A DNA stretch of 63,108 nt, the filler included, from Octopus bimaculoides (Eukaryota), in assembly GCF_001194135.2 (NCBI RefSeq). It is 5 parts of 5 records of this genome, joined end to end, with 100 filler letters (N's around TTAATTAATTAA, not from the genome) between each part and the next. Parts side by side here need not be neighbours in the genome. Positions count along the whole stretch, not along the records: positions 1 to 15,811 come from NC_068982.1; 4 more parts are not named here. One strand, given 5' to 3'. The position numbers were made by a program, and so were the translations under genes. Below the pieces are notes generated by a model. It made no database searches and was not told where the DNA came from. It saw only the letters and a list, made by a program, of their open reading frames with translations. Positions 1 to 11,406 of this stretch are shown here, in pieces (the first letter of the stretch is position 1; each line of letters begins with the position of its first letter).

Positions 1-478
1 GTTATTGAAAGAATAAGAATGATTATATTATCTCTGCTTGAATTCTTCCAGATTAATTGATTGTATAATGAGTCTCTTGTCAATGTGGCCCCTTTATTAA
101 CTCCAGTTCCTTTTTCTGAGATCTCTCGTTGGGTCGGCTTTCTCATTGGATCGAGATCTTTCGCTGCAAGCTTAGAATTGACCGCGGCTACTCAAAAACT
201 CGCCTCGATCGAATCTTTATCGGAACAACATAAAAGTGGGGGAAAAGGGGAAAAGTTTGTCAATGAATGAACTATTCTGGTTTTGCATAATTACTAAATT
301 TAAAAAAAAAGCGAGCTTTAAACAAAAGTTGTACATAAAATAGAATGGTTAATCTTTGTCTGTCACTTACAATACACTGCACTAAATGCTTTATAATAAA
401 ACCATTTTAATGCTGTCAGCAACTAATTAAAACAAATCTTTATTAAAAGCATTTCAGTACAAAGACGTAGAATTTTCG

Positions 479-511
479 AAAAGAAAGAAAGAAAGAAAGA
501 AAGAAAGAAAA

Positions 512-541
<30 letters not shown>
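479..541 (+). repeat. (AAAG)n microsatellite
   Basis: Direct tetranucleotide run. Confidence 0.95.
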
Positions 542-542
<1 letters not shown>

Positions 543-700
543 CGTCCGGTACATTATTATAGACGGCGATATTTTTCAATGCTGAAATTATGGCTGTTAA
601 ATAATCTGGATTGTAGATAATACTGTTTTATAATGTTATGTGACATTAGCATCAGATTCATGTTTCATCCTGTCGCAATATACCTACTGGAATATTGGAT

Positions 701-910
701 TTAAATTATGGCACAAGGCCAGCAATTTCGGGGAAAGGGGTAAGTTGATTACATCGACCCCAATGTTTGACTGGTACTTATTTAATCGACCACGAAAGGA
801 TGAAAGGTAAAGACGACCTCGACGGAACTTGAACTCAGAGCGTAGGGACAGACGAAACGTCGCTAAGTATTTTGCCTAGCGTGCTAAACACTCTGCCAGC
901 TCACCGCCTT
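701..910 (-). mobile_element. tRNA-derived SINE, family A (head AAGGCGGYGAGCTGGCAGAA), near full length
   Basis: Reverse complement matches the copies at 11129, 13604, 13822 and 21061. A-box TGGCAGA and B-box GAGTTCAA are present. Confidence 0.85.
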
Positions 911-1084
911 TTACCGACCGAATTATTATGGCTTCGTACCTCAAGACTTGTTTTATAAACATCAACTGATTAGATTTAGATGTGAAGAGATGTATTTTAA
1001 AATCTGATTATCTTTTGCAGTGGGGATTACACTATTTACCGTAGATCTAGCCAGAAGAATAAACATAACCTATCCGCATTTTTT

Positions 1085-1240
1085 ACATTATTTACATTTG
1101 ACGGATATTTGTCCTCATCTTGTTTGTTGTTAACACAACGTTTCGGCTGATATACCCTCCAGCCTTCATCAGGTGTCTTGGGGAAATATAGAACATGGGT
1201 TCTCATTCCTAAAGTATTTTTCGATGTTATTATTATTATT
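1085..1240 (-). mobile_element. Short non-coding repeat carrying a minimal hammerhead (Penelope pLTR-like or retrozyme-like)
   Basis: Contains the hammerhead core at 1133-1176 and abuts a (TAT)n run. No ORF. Boundaries approximate. Confidence 0.55.
1133..1176 (-). ncRNA. Minimal type I hammerhead ribozyme motif
   Basis: Minus strand reads ACAC-CTGATGA-A-GGCTG(gagggtatat)CAGCC-GAA-ACGT-T-GTGT. Stem I ACAC/GTGT, stem II GGCTG/CAGCC, palindromic loopless stem III, GUU cleavage triplet. Confidence 0.8.
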
Positions 1241-1254
1241 TAAAAAAAAATAAA

Positions 1255-1642
1255 ATATGGTCCGTTGTCGTCTGCTGAACCGGGGTCATCCCTTGACCCT
1301 AGGGTCACAGCAGGTCCTCATCTCAAGGAGAGTACACGGCGTAAAATGTGTGCGGAACCCAGCAACACTATTTTCTGAAGTTCTCGCACGTTAACACTGC
1401 AAAGGAGTTTGTTGAACTGCTTATCAAGGCCCTTTTTTAATTAGCCCTAACGCCCCAATCACTACTGGCGCTGCGCTGCTTTTCATTCCCCACTTCTTGG
1501 TCACTTCTATTTCTAGGGCTTTGTACTTAAATAACTTCTCAACTTCTTTAATGGACACATTTCTCTCTGATGGTTCTGTCACATCTAGCATTAAGCATTT
1601 CTTATTCTTCCCATCTTTGATGATTATGTCCGGCAAAATTAT
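1255..1642 (-). mobile_element. 3' fragment of an R4/Dong-type non-LTR retrotransposon (restriction-like endonuclease domain plus 3' UTR)
   Basis: Translates PDIIIKDGKNKKCLMLDVTEPSERNVSIKEVEKLFKYKALEIEVTKKWG..PVVIGALG, then after a 1-nt frameshift near 1430 ..LQKIVLLGSAHILRRVLSLR* (stop 1318-1320). PD..D..KE.EK..KY is the RLE signature. Confidence 0.8.
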
Positions 1643-2179
1643 CCAGTCATATATGGTCCTTAAAAGATAAAGGTGTCAGTTACAATATCCATTGGAAGAT
1701 CTTAGCCAAGTGTAAGTCTTACACCAACGGCAGTGGAAAATGCGGTTTTTGTGATATGGAAAGATGGCTCATCTGGAAAAGCAGCTTACACCCTGCCACG
1801 TCTAAATTCAAAGACTGAACTTTTCGGATCATGTCCACATGTGGCTAAATATTCGATACGTTTTTGGTCCTCCCAAGATTACAGATAAGACTTGCTTTTA
1901 ATATTGTGTCCACGCACATGCTTTTTATCTCTGTATACTTTTTACTTACATTTCTTATGTTTTTTATATATATTTTTTTTACATATTTATAGAGATATTG
2001 TTTTATAGTTTTATTACTCATATTTTTTACACATATTTTTTCTGTATTTTACCTTCCACCCTGCATTTATCCTGTGCGTATGTAGACGCGTATATGAAAT
2101 CTTTTGTGCGCGCGTGTGGATGTGTGCGTGTGTGCGGATATGTGCGTATGTAGACGTGTGTGTGCGTGCATGCTAGTAT

Positions 2180-2740
2180 GTGCGTATATAGACGTGTATA
2201 TGAACCTTTTTTGTGCGTGTGTGTGTGTATGTGTGTGTGTGTGTGAGCGTGTGTGCGTGTATGTATAAATTAGTTTTGGCGAATGTGTGGGTGCGCATGT
2301 GTGTGTTTCATACGAGTGTGGACGAGCATATACACATAGCCACATGTATGTGGGTGTGCGTGTGCGCATGTGTACGTATGGACATGCGCGCATACGCCTT
2401 CGCTATGAGTACATTTACTCCTTTACTTTTCACTTTTATTGCTTATTTTTCATACTTTTTTACACATTTTTCTGCATTTTGCTTTTAGCCCTGTTTTTTT
2501 CTTATGCATGTGCCTATATAGACGTGTGTATGAACCTGTTTTGTGCACGTGTGTGTGTGTGCGAGCGTGTATGCGGGTATGTATACATTTTTAGCGAATG
2601 TGTGGTGAGCATGTGTGTTTTTCGAGTGAGGGGTGGATGAGTATATACATATAGGTACATGTACGCGGGTGTGCGGGCGCGCATGTGTATGTATGGACAT
2701 GCGCACTTTCGCGATCGTTATGAACATTTTTACTCCCTTA
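2180..2740 (+). repeat. Diverged tandem duplication (period about 330 bp) of a TG/CG-rich block in the Penelope 3' region
   Basis: GTGC.TATATAGACGTGT.TATGAACCT...GTATGGACATGCGC...TTTACTCC occurs from about 2180 and from about 2510. Confidence 0.75.
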
Positions 2741-2861
2741 ACTTTACTCCCTCCCCTTACTTAGTGGTCATTCTAATAGCTCTTTTGTCTTAATAACGGT
2801 CAATCGCACAGTAGTTTCCCTTTGTTTAACGGTCATTTTCATAGCATTTTTTTTATGGCCC

Positions 2862-2922
2862 GATAACTGAAGAGATGCCGGCGTGGGTTTCCGCCCCGAC
2901 ATCCGTAACTCGGAGTTTTATT
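2862..2922 (+). ncRNA. Type I hammerhead motif with mutated core (probably inactive)
   Basis: GATAA-CTGAAGA-long stem II-CGTAAC (GAAA mutated to GTAA)-TCGGAGTT-TTATT. Homologous to the intact copy at 49819. Confidence 0.65.
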
Positions 2923-3237
2923 ATGGCAACCGACTAATTGTCACATATTATAATATTGATAAACTCCTCTATTTACATAATATCGAGGTCTCTTTCATTC
3001 TTACCATTTCTATCAATATATATATATATATATATATATATANNNNNNNNNNNNNNNNNNNNNNNNNNNNNNNNNNNNNNNNNNNNNNNNNNNNNNNNNN
3101 NNNNNNNNNNNNNNNNNNNNNNNNNNNNNNNNNNNNNNNNNNNNNNNNNNNNNNNNNNNNNNNNNNNNNNNNNNNNNNNNNNNNNNNNNNNNNNNNNNNN
3201 NNNNNNNNNNNNNNNNNNNNNNNNNNNNNNNNNNATA

Positions 3238-3420
3238 TGAATGTATGTCTTTGTGTCTGTTTGTCCCCGACCACCATTTGGCAACAGGTATTGGTGTGTT
3301 TACGTCTTCGTCACTTAGTGGTTGAGCAAAAGAGACTGATAGAAAAATATCAAGCTTTACAAGAAAACTAAGTACTGGGGTCGATTTGTTTGATTAAAAT
3401 TCTTCAATGTGGTGCCCTGA
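3238..3420 (+). mobile_element. SINE family B 3' tail, partial
   Basis: GTCTGTTTGTCCCC...ACTGGGGTCGATTTG...GGTGC matches tails at 10285 and 51380. Confidence 0.75.
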
Positions 3421-4143
3421 CGCACATAAAATATAACAGATAAACGATAAGAAATATAGCTAATTTTCTTTAGTTTTCGAAACTGAAGCAAATTCCACAA
3501 TAGAATATGGCTTCACATTAACCATATTGAAGCTTGGTATACATAAATAAGCAATGACTGCGTGTAACGATTGCTTGACAGCTTCATCGAACAACGAAAT
3601 ATTATCTGAACAATTTCACATTTCTTGATTTACATATCGATAATAAGCTAACATCATTATAAAGGTTAACTATCAAACCTTTACGCATCACAATAGTTAT
3701 CCAGAAATTTCGGCTGCTGTTATTTTTGACAGATTATATGATTTTAATAAAGATCGTTAAAAGTCGCAACTGATTTCACATGCAATGAGCGTAGGGGCAT
3801 AGCAAGAAGCTTACCAAATGTGTTACAAAAGCAGCATTTCACAGAAACCTTAAATTTGCATAAAAGTTAGACATGCTGGCATTTTATCCAAATATATGGA
3901 ACTCTCTTACTGTTTCCTCAAGAATATCAGAAACATTGTAAGTCAATAAAATACTGTCAACTTCACCTGTTCCGCCTCTGTCAATTTATTAAATGATTTA
4001 TTCAAATTTTTGTATACAATTTACTCTTCCTTCGTTTTCTCTTTTTCATCGAGTTTATACTAAATATATTCAGATTCAATGAATAATTTTACTCTCTCCA
4101 GAATAACTTTTCTCTGTTTACAAATCCAGTCCTGCACACACAG

Positions 4144-4188
<45 letters not shown>

Positions 4189-4750
4189 NNNNNNNNNNNN
4201 NNNNNNNNNNNNNNNNNNNNNNNNNNNNNNNNNNNNNNNNNNNNNNNNNNNNNNNNNNNNNNNNNNNNNNNNNNNNNNNNNNNNNNNNNNNNNNNNNNNN
4301 NNNNNNNNNNNNNNNNNNNNNNNNNNNNNNNNNNNNNNNNNNNNNNNNNNNNNNNNNNNNNNNNNNNNNNNNNNNNNNNNNNNNNNNNNNNNNNNNNNNN
4401 NNNNNNNNNNNNNNNNNNNNNNNNNNNNNNNNNNNNNNNNNNNNNNNNNNNNNNNNNNNNNNNNNNNNNNNNNNNNNNNNNNNNNNNNNNNNNNNNNNNN
4501 NNNNNNNNNNNNNNNNNNNNNNNNNNNNNNNNNNNNNNNNNNNNNNNNNNNNNNNNNNNNNNNNNNNNNNNNNNNNNNNNNNNNNNNNNNNNNNNNNNNN
4601 NNNNNNNNNNNNNNNNNNNNNNNNNNNNNNNNNNNNNNNNNNNNNNNNNNNNNNNNNNNNNNNNNNNNNNNNNNNNNNNNNNNNNNNNNNNNNNNNNNNN
4701 NNNNNNNNNNNNNNNNNNNNNNNNNTATATATATATATATATATGTATAT

Positions 4751-5124
<374 letters not shown>

Positions 5125-5126
5125 TG

Positions 5127-6317
5127 TTAGGTCGTCAAGTGTGAAATTTGTAGAAAAGAAAAAAGGTTTTATAAATATAAGGAATAGTTTTATTCATCAA
5201 AGTATGCACCCATATTGTCAATACACTGTTGCCATTTCAGCGGTAGCTTGTCCACCCCGGAACTGTAAAATCCTGGTAATCTAGAGTCAATAAAATCTTG
5301 GAAGGCCTGTATTACAGCATCGTCGGAATTAAAGTTTTTTCCTATCAAAAAGTTATCCAAATTCTGGAAGAAGTGGTAGTCAGTGGGGGCAAGATCAGGT
5401 GAGTATGGCGGATGATGGAGAACTTCCAACTCCAACTCCTGATAGTTTCGCCAATGTCATTTTTGCGATGTGTGGTCTGGAGTTGTCTTGCAATAAGATA
5501 GGAGTGGATCTGTTGACTAATCTAGGCTGTCTTTTCGCAAGTTTCTGCATCATTTGGTCCAGTTGGCTGCAGTATGCTTCGGGGCCCGTGATTGATGAGC
5601 CAGGTTTAATGAAATCATAATGGATCACACCTGTGCCAGACCACCAAACACACACCATCAGCTTCTTTTGATGAATTTTGCTTTTTGAACTGTGTTTTGG
5701 TGGATCGTCTTTGTCCAACCATTGTGCTGAACGTTTACGGTTGTTGTATTGGATCCATTTCTCATCACATGTTACAATTCATTTTTGTAACGAGAAAGTG
5801 GCATAATGCAGGCTTCCAAACTTTGCTGTTTCTGATTTTCATTGAGTTCATGTGGAACCCACTTATCCAACTTTTTCACTTTACCATTTTGAACTAGGTG
5901 AGTCAATATTGTTTGCTTGCTAACAGCAAATAACAATGATAATTCACGGACACTTTGAGATGGATCTGACTCTACGGTAGCTTTCAGTTCTTCCTTATCC
6001 ACCTTTGCTCATTTGTGAGGTCAAAGTTACCAGAACAAAATTTTGTGTAATAACATTAGAATGAAATACTCTATTAATATTCCGAGCTGTCTGTGATGCT
6101 GTATTTCCAAATAAGAACTCATATTTCGAAACCGTACGAATTTCCGACTTATACATCACTAAACAAAAATAATAAAAAATTATAAATACTTTATAAAGCC
6201 CAAAATGAGTTAGAATACGGAAATAGATGTGTCAGCTTTCTAACAAAAATAAAGATTGTCAAAATATAAGAATGGCACAAAATGAGCAGCTGTCAAAGTT
6301 TACCATGGATGACCTAA
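5127..6317 (-). mobile_element. Mariner DNA transposon, near full length, decayed
   Basis: Termini TTAGGTCGTC (5127) and GATGACCTAA (ending 6317) form degenerate TIRs, flanked by TG and TA (TA TSD, one copy mutated). Contains a transposase pseudogene. Confidence 0.9.
5190..6156 (-). pseudogene. Mariner D,D34D transposase pseudogene (frameshifts, stops, small deletion)
   Basis: Joined frames give MYKSEIR..YEF..TARNIN, KFCSGNFDLTNE, KLDKWVPHEL, TCDEKW, LLQDNSRPH, HPPYSPDLAPTDYHFF and ..GAYFDE*. Confidence 0.93.
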
Positions 6318-6319
6318 TA

Positions 6320-6478
6320 CATACGACGGGCTTCTTTCAGTTTCCGTCTACCAAATTTACTCACAAGGCTTTAGTCGGCCCGAGGCTATAGTAGAAGACA
6401 CTTGCCCAAGGTGCCATTCAGTGGGACTGAACTCGGAAGCATGTGGTTGGGAAGTAAGCTTCTTACCACACAGCCACT
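6320..6478 (-). mobile_element. SINE family B tRNA head plus CORE-like domain (5' part of the split copy)
   Basis: Reverse complement has GTGGCTGTGTGGTAAG..GAGTTCAGTCCC..GGCACCTTGGGCAAGTGTCTT, resembling the CORE domain of CORE-SINEs. Confidence 0.85.
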
Positions 6479-7166
6479 ATATACGTACATATATTATTTA
6501 AAACATTTTCGCTCGGCTCCAAGCTATTTAAAGTTTCGAATACTTCTTAGAGAAACTTGGGTTGTCGGGCTCATCTAGGTTCGATTAACTGATCCCTACA
6601 AGATATATTTCTGTAAGAAGCCCACAAAATTATGTCGCATGGGATCGAACCAAACTGTTTAAAATAATAAGATAGGTAACTCCTACTAAATCTGTTGAGT
6701 GACTCTTTTTTCTTTTGTGCAGTCATATGTATGTATGTATATGTATGCATGCATAAATATATATGCGTGTGTATGCATATATATCTATATAGAGAATATA
6801 CAAGGTGTTTTCAATTGACTTAATGTAACAGGTATGTACTATCGATGCATTGGTTTACCACTAAAACTTCGCCTCCAACTACAACTGAAAAACGTGATGT
6901 TGAGAATGCCTAGCAAAGGCGACTAGAAGTGGTTTCTCCTTGAGTGGGTGGACATAGATTAAAATAGAAAAAGAAAAAGCAAATATCAGACATCACTCGA
7001 AAAACATTTTATTTAAATAAAGAATGTCTGTTTATAATCTCTATTTAAATTAAGTGTTTTTGAGTGAATTTAAATATTTGCTTTCTCATTTTCTATTTTA
7101 ATTTTTATATATCACTATATATAAATATATATGTGTGTGCGTGTGTTTGTGTGTGTATGCATGTAC

Positions 7167-7239
<73 letters not shown>

Positions 7240-7346
7240 CACATACATATATATATACGTGACATGTTCATAGAAACTCGGTCGGACTATTAAGGGTGAA
7301 ACAAAATATATTTTGTCGAATTCATCATGCGTGTGGATTAAACGTG

Positions 7347-7733
7347 TAGGAATAGGCATGACTGTAGTAAGACGTTTGCTTGCCAGCCACATGGTTCCGG
7401 GTTCAGTCCCGCTTGATGGCACCTTGGGTCTTCTACTCTAACCCCGGTACAAGTAAAGATCTGTTTGTGGATTTCCTAGACGGAAACTGAAAGAAGCCCG
7501 TCGAATGTGTGTACATGTGTGTGTGTGTCTTTATATATGTGTTTTTTTCCTTAACAACCAGTGGTCGGTTATTTACGTTTCCATGATCTAGCGGTTCGAC
7601 AAATGGCCGATAGAATAATTACCAGGCATAAAAAAAGTGTGAAATAAATCGATCCGGTTAACGAGACCCTTCGAGTCAGTGCTCCAGCATGGCCGCAGTC
7701 CATTGACTAAAACATGAAAAAGATAAAAGAAAG
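7347..7733 (+). mobile_element. SINE family B, full length, diverged
   Basis: Head GGTTCCGGGTTCAGTCCC, CORE-like GGCACCTTGGG, internal TG run, tail GCTCCAGCATGGCCGCAGTC and A-rich end. Confidence 0.85.
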
Positions 7734-8104
7734 ATCAAGTGTTTGAATGTGTGCACAAATGTATATACATATACACACGAATGTATATTCGTATATCAAC
7801 ATATATATATGTACACACACTCACACACACATATATATATATACATGTACATACACTCACACACACATATAGACATACATACATATCCGCATACGCATAC
7901 CCGCGCACAAACACACACACACACACACATATGAACCTATCCCTGCTTCTTTCTTACTACAATAATTTTTACTATGCACATACACACACGTATATGCGTA
8001 TATAATTACACATATATACACGCAAACATAAACACATGCATATATATATGTGTGTATGTGTGTGTGTATGTGTGTGTGTATGTGTGTGTGTATGTGTGTA
8101 TTTG

Positions 8105-8200
<96 letters not shown>

Positions 8201-9422
8201 TATATATATATGTGTGTATCTATATATATATATCACTCATACACACACACACACGTATACACATATGTGTGTGTTTATGTAATTATATATGTATGCATAT
8301 ATGTTGTAGGAAGTGACCAGTTGTTGCAAGAACAGTAAGCTTCAGTTAATAAGGTCGACATCTCCGATTTCCTATCAAAATGATTTATAACTAAACTGCA
8401 AACAAGAGTTGATATGTTTTACCATACAACTAATGCAGATTTACTATTAACTTCATTTTCACGGGATTTCTTGAAATATTCTTGGATCTGCTTGTGTTTT
8501 ATGTTTTGTCTTTTGTATTTAGTATTTAAAATAAGTGTCTTGCAGCAGGTTTTTGTTTCTTCTTTTTTTTTCTTTTTAGTCTTATAATGTCGGCAGCGAT
8601 TATTGTGGGAGAGTAATAAAAATAAAATGTGTTCGAAATCTCATGGAAAAACAGCAATGTTAAGAGATGAATTGAAAATTTATGGACGTCTTTTAGATGA
8701 AGGGAAAACGCTCAGCAAATTTAGAAAGCACAGACATAAGTGCGTGTGCGTATGTCTCTCTCTCTCTATNNNNNNNNNNNNNNNNNNNNNNNNNNNNNNN
8801 NNNNNNNNNNNNNNNNNNNNNNNNNNNNNNNNNNNNNNNNNNNNNNNNNNNNNNNNNNNNNNNNNNNNNNNNNNNNNNNNNNNNNNNNNNNNNNNNNNNN
8901 NNNNNNNNNNNNNNNNNNNNNNNNNNNNNNNNNNNNNNNNNNNNNNNNNNNNNNNNNNNNNNNNNNNNNNNNNNNNNNNNNNNNNNNNNNNNNNNNNNNN
9001 NNNNNNNNNNNNNNNNNNNNNNNNNNNNNNNNNNNNNNNNNNNNNNNNNNNNNNNNNNNNNNNNNNNNNNNNNNNNNNNNNNNNNNNNNNNNNNNNNNNN
9101 NNNNNNNNNNNNNNNNNNNNNNNNNNNNNNNNNNNNNNNNNNNNNNNNNNNNNNNNNNNNNNNNNNNNNNNNNNNNNNNNNNNNNNNNNNNNNNNNNNNN
9201 NNNNNNNNNNNNNNNNNNNNNNNNNNNNNNNNNNNNNNNNNNNNNNNNNNNNNNNNNNNNNNNNNNNNNNNNNNNNNNNNNNNNNNNNNNNNNNNNNNNN
9301 NNNNNNNNNNNNNNNNNNNNNNNNNNNNNNNNNNNNNNNNNNNNNNNNNNNNNNNNNNNNNNNNNNNNNNNNNNNNNNNNNNNNNNNNNNNNNNNNNNNN
9401 NNNNNNNNNNNNNNNNNNNNNN

Positions 9423-9467
<45 letters not shown>

Positions 9468-9689
9468 ATCCTATTATATCCTATTATTCTTCCCTTCCTT
9501 TTTGAAGTTTATTACTGGCTTCAGTACCCCGCCCCGTACCATTTTCTGTATCCATCCTTCCACCTTAGTGCCTTTCAAAATTATCACCCCACCGCCCACA
9601 CCTCACACATATTCATTCTTTACATTCTTATATCTTCCTATTCCACCCTACTCTTCTCCTATCCCCCCTCGTAATATCTTGACCACCAA

Positions 9690-10232
9690 CTAACACTCCT
9701 TTTTTCATTTTCTCTTCCTCTTACTTTCTTTTTTACTCAACTATTCCTTTTGACCATTCTCCTCATTTTATCATCCACATCATTTCTCTCTTCTCCATCT
9801 ACTTAATACTACCAATACAATCCCAAAATTTCTTCACACCACAAGACCTCTTTGAATGAACAGCACATGCAATCTACGTCTCCACACTTTCAGTTTATAA
9901 TGACAAAATATGAACTCCTATCGGAATTTACATACTACGGACAGAAAGCATTTCTGCCACTTCTACACTGCACCTTCCTTGGATACTGGAACTGCAGCTG
10001 TAACATCCAACATTTATTTTTACTTTCATTCTCTTATTTCCCTTTATAATTCTTATTTCCATCCTTTCCCAAAATAACTCCTGATATTAAAGTCTACTTT
10101 TTTCCTCCATTTAACCATCTCACATCGTCTCTGATGAAGGAATATCCCTAATATCCCAGAAACAGCTGTAAGACTAAATTTATCTTTATAAATGTCCTGA
10201 AAATTCCACACAGCCTTGTCTATGTTGTCTCA
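9690..10232 (+). mobile_element. Hammerhead-bearing repeat, probable Penelope-like element family 2 (3' region)
   Basis: Homologous by eye to 53473-54130 on the minus strand. 9920-10003 reads IGIY..LHLPWILELQL*, resembling the WI..L end of PLE GIY-YIG domains. Hammerhead at 10127-10174. Confidence 0.6.
10127..10174 (+). ncRNA. Type I hammerhead motif with palindromic stem III
   Basis: GTCT-CTGATGA-AGGAATAT(cccta)ATATCCCA-GAA-ACAGCTGT-A-AGAC. Stem I GTCT/AGAC, GUA triplet. Confidence 0.8.
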
Positions 10233-10237
10233 TTAAA

Positions 10238-10284
<47 letters not shown>

Positions 10285-10289
<5 letters not shown>

Positions 10290-10490
10290 CGTCAACCATT
10301 GCTTGACAACCGATACTGGTGTGCTTACGTCTCCGTAATCTAGCAGTCCGGCAAAAGTTATCGACAGAATAATAAGTACTAGGCTTACAAAGAATAAGTC
10401 CTGGGGTCGATTTGTTCGACTAAAAGATGGTGCTCCCGCATGGCCACGGTCAAATGACTGAAACAAGTAAAAGAGTAAAAGAATAAAAGT
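10285..10490 (+). mobile_element. SINE family B tail
   Basis: GCTTGACAACCGATACTGGTGTG...AAATGACTGAAACAAGTAAAAGAG. Confidence 0.85.
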
Positions 10491-10829
10491 ATATATACAC
10501 ATATATACATGTGCGTGTGCGTGTGTAGGTAAATATGTATGTGTTAGGTTAATCGTTATCCTCAAGCAGCTTATTTGTCTATAATATATTTAATAAAATT
10601 AGTATTTCAATAAAATATAATTTGAAATTTTAAAATGCTTTCGTAAAACTAAGAGAATAAAACAAAATTTCGCAAGTCACATTAACTTTAATGTCTTTCT
10701 GTTGCTGCGTGCGAGATGTCGCATTATGGGAGATAGACATCGGGTTTATTTTAATGCTATGGAGACAACAATCAACTCATCACGCAGTTTGTGTCGCTTG
10801 TTTGTCTTATAACATTTAGTAATGAGTGT

Positions 10830-11113
10830 GTGAAGGCACGTGGCTTAGTGGATCGAGTATTCACCTCACAATCGTGAGGTCGTGAGTCCGATACTCGGCG
10901 GCGCGCTGTGCTCTTCAGCAAGAAAATTTATTTCATGTTGTTCCAGTTCTCTCAGTAATTCATAGTCAGCCTTCCGTGTGTTACGCTGAATCTCTCTGAG
11001 AGCTCTGTCAAGGGGCACATGTGCCAGTGGAATGCCCAGCTTAGCAACTTGCACAGGCTGTTCCGTTGTGTTCGGATCAAGTGGAACCCTTGTCGTCCTA
11101 ACTAACGGAGTGC
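10830..11113 (+). mobile_element. tRNA-derived SINE, family C (GTGAAGGCRCGTGGC head, CORE-like centre, ..ACGGAGTGCC tail)
   Basis: A-box TGGCTTAGTGG. The tail is shared with the copy at 12977-13340. Confidence 0.8.
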
Positions 11114-11128
11114 CAATTAGCGATAAGT

Positions 11129-11406
11129 AAAGCGGCGAGCTGGCAGAAACGTTAGCATGCCGGGCGAAATGCTTAGCGGTATTCCGTCTGTCTTTACGTT
11201 CTGAGTTCAAATTCCGCCGAGGTCGACTTTGCCTTTCATCCTTTCGGGGTCGATAATTTAAGTAGCAGTTGCGTACTGGGTCGATCTAATCGACTGGCCC
11301 CCTTCCCCAAAATTTCGAGCCTTGTACCTAGAGTAGAAAAGAAACGTTAGCACGCCGGACGAAATGCTTAGCGGAATTATTTTCTACCCCAGGCACATGG
11401 CTCGAA
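11129..11406 (+). mobile_element. SINE family A full copy, followed by a partial repeat of its 5' part and an opposite-strand 3' end running into a gap
   Basis: 11129-11343 is a full copy. 11341-11375 repeats GAAACGTTAGCACGCCGG. About 11376-11406 is the reverse complement of the 3' end. Confidence 0.85.

Larger units (their letters stand above)
1645..3015 (+). mobile_element. Penelope-like element, family 1: GIY-YIG C-terminus, repeat-expanded 3' region and hammerhead
   Basis: 1645-1888 translates SHIWSLKDKGVSYNIHWKILAKCKSYTNGSGKCGFCDMERWLIWK..(frameshift)LNSKTELFGSCPHVAKY, a typical PLE endonuclease C-terminus. Hammerhead at 2862-2922. Second copy at 49327-49910. Confidence 0.8.

Noticed and set aside
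10830-10910. tRNA-like sequences with A and B boxes (also 12860-12939, 13290-13340, 17184-17260 and the family A/B heads)
   Set aside because: They lack a complete acceptor stem and run into SINE bodies, so they are SINE heads rather than tRNA genes.
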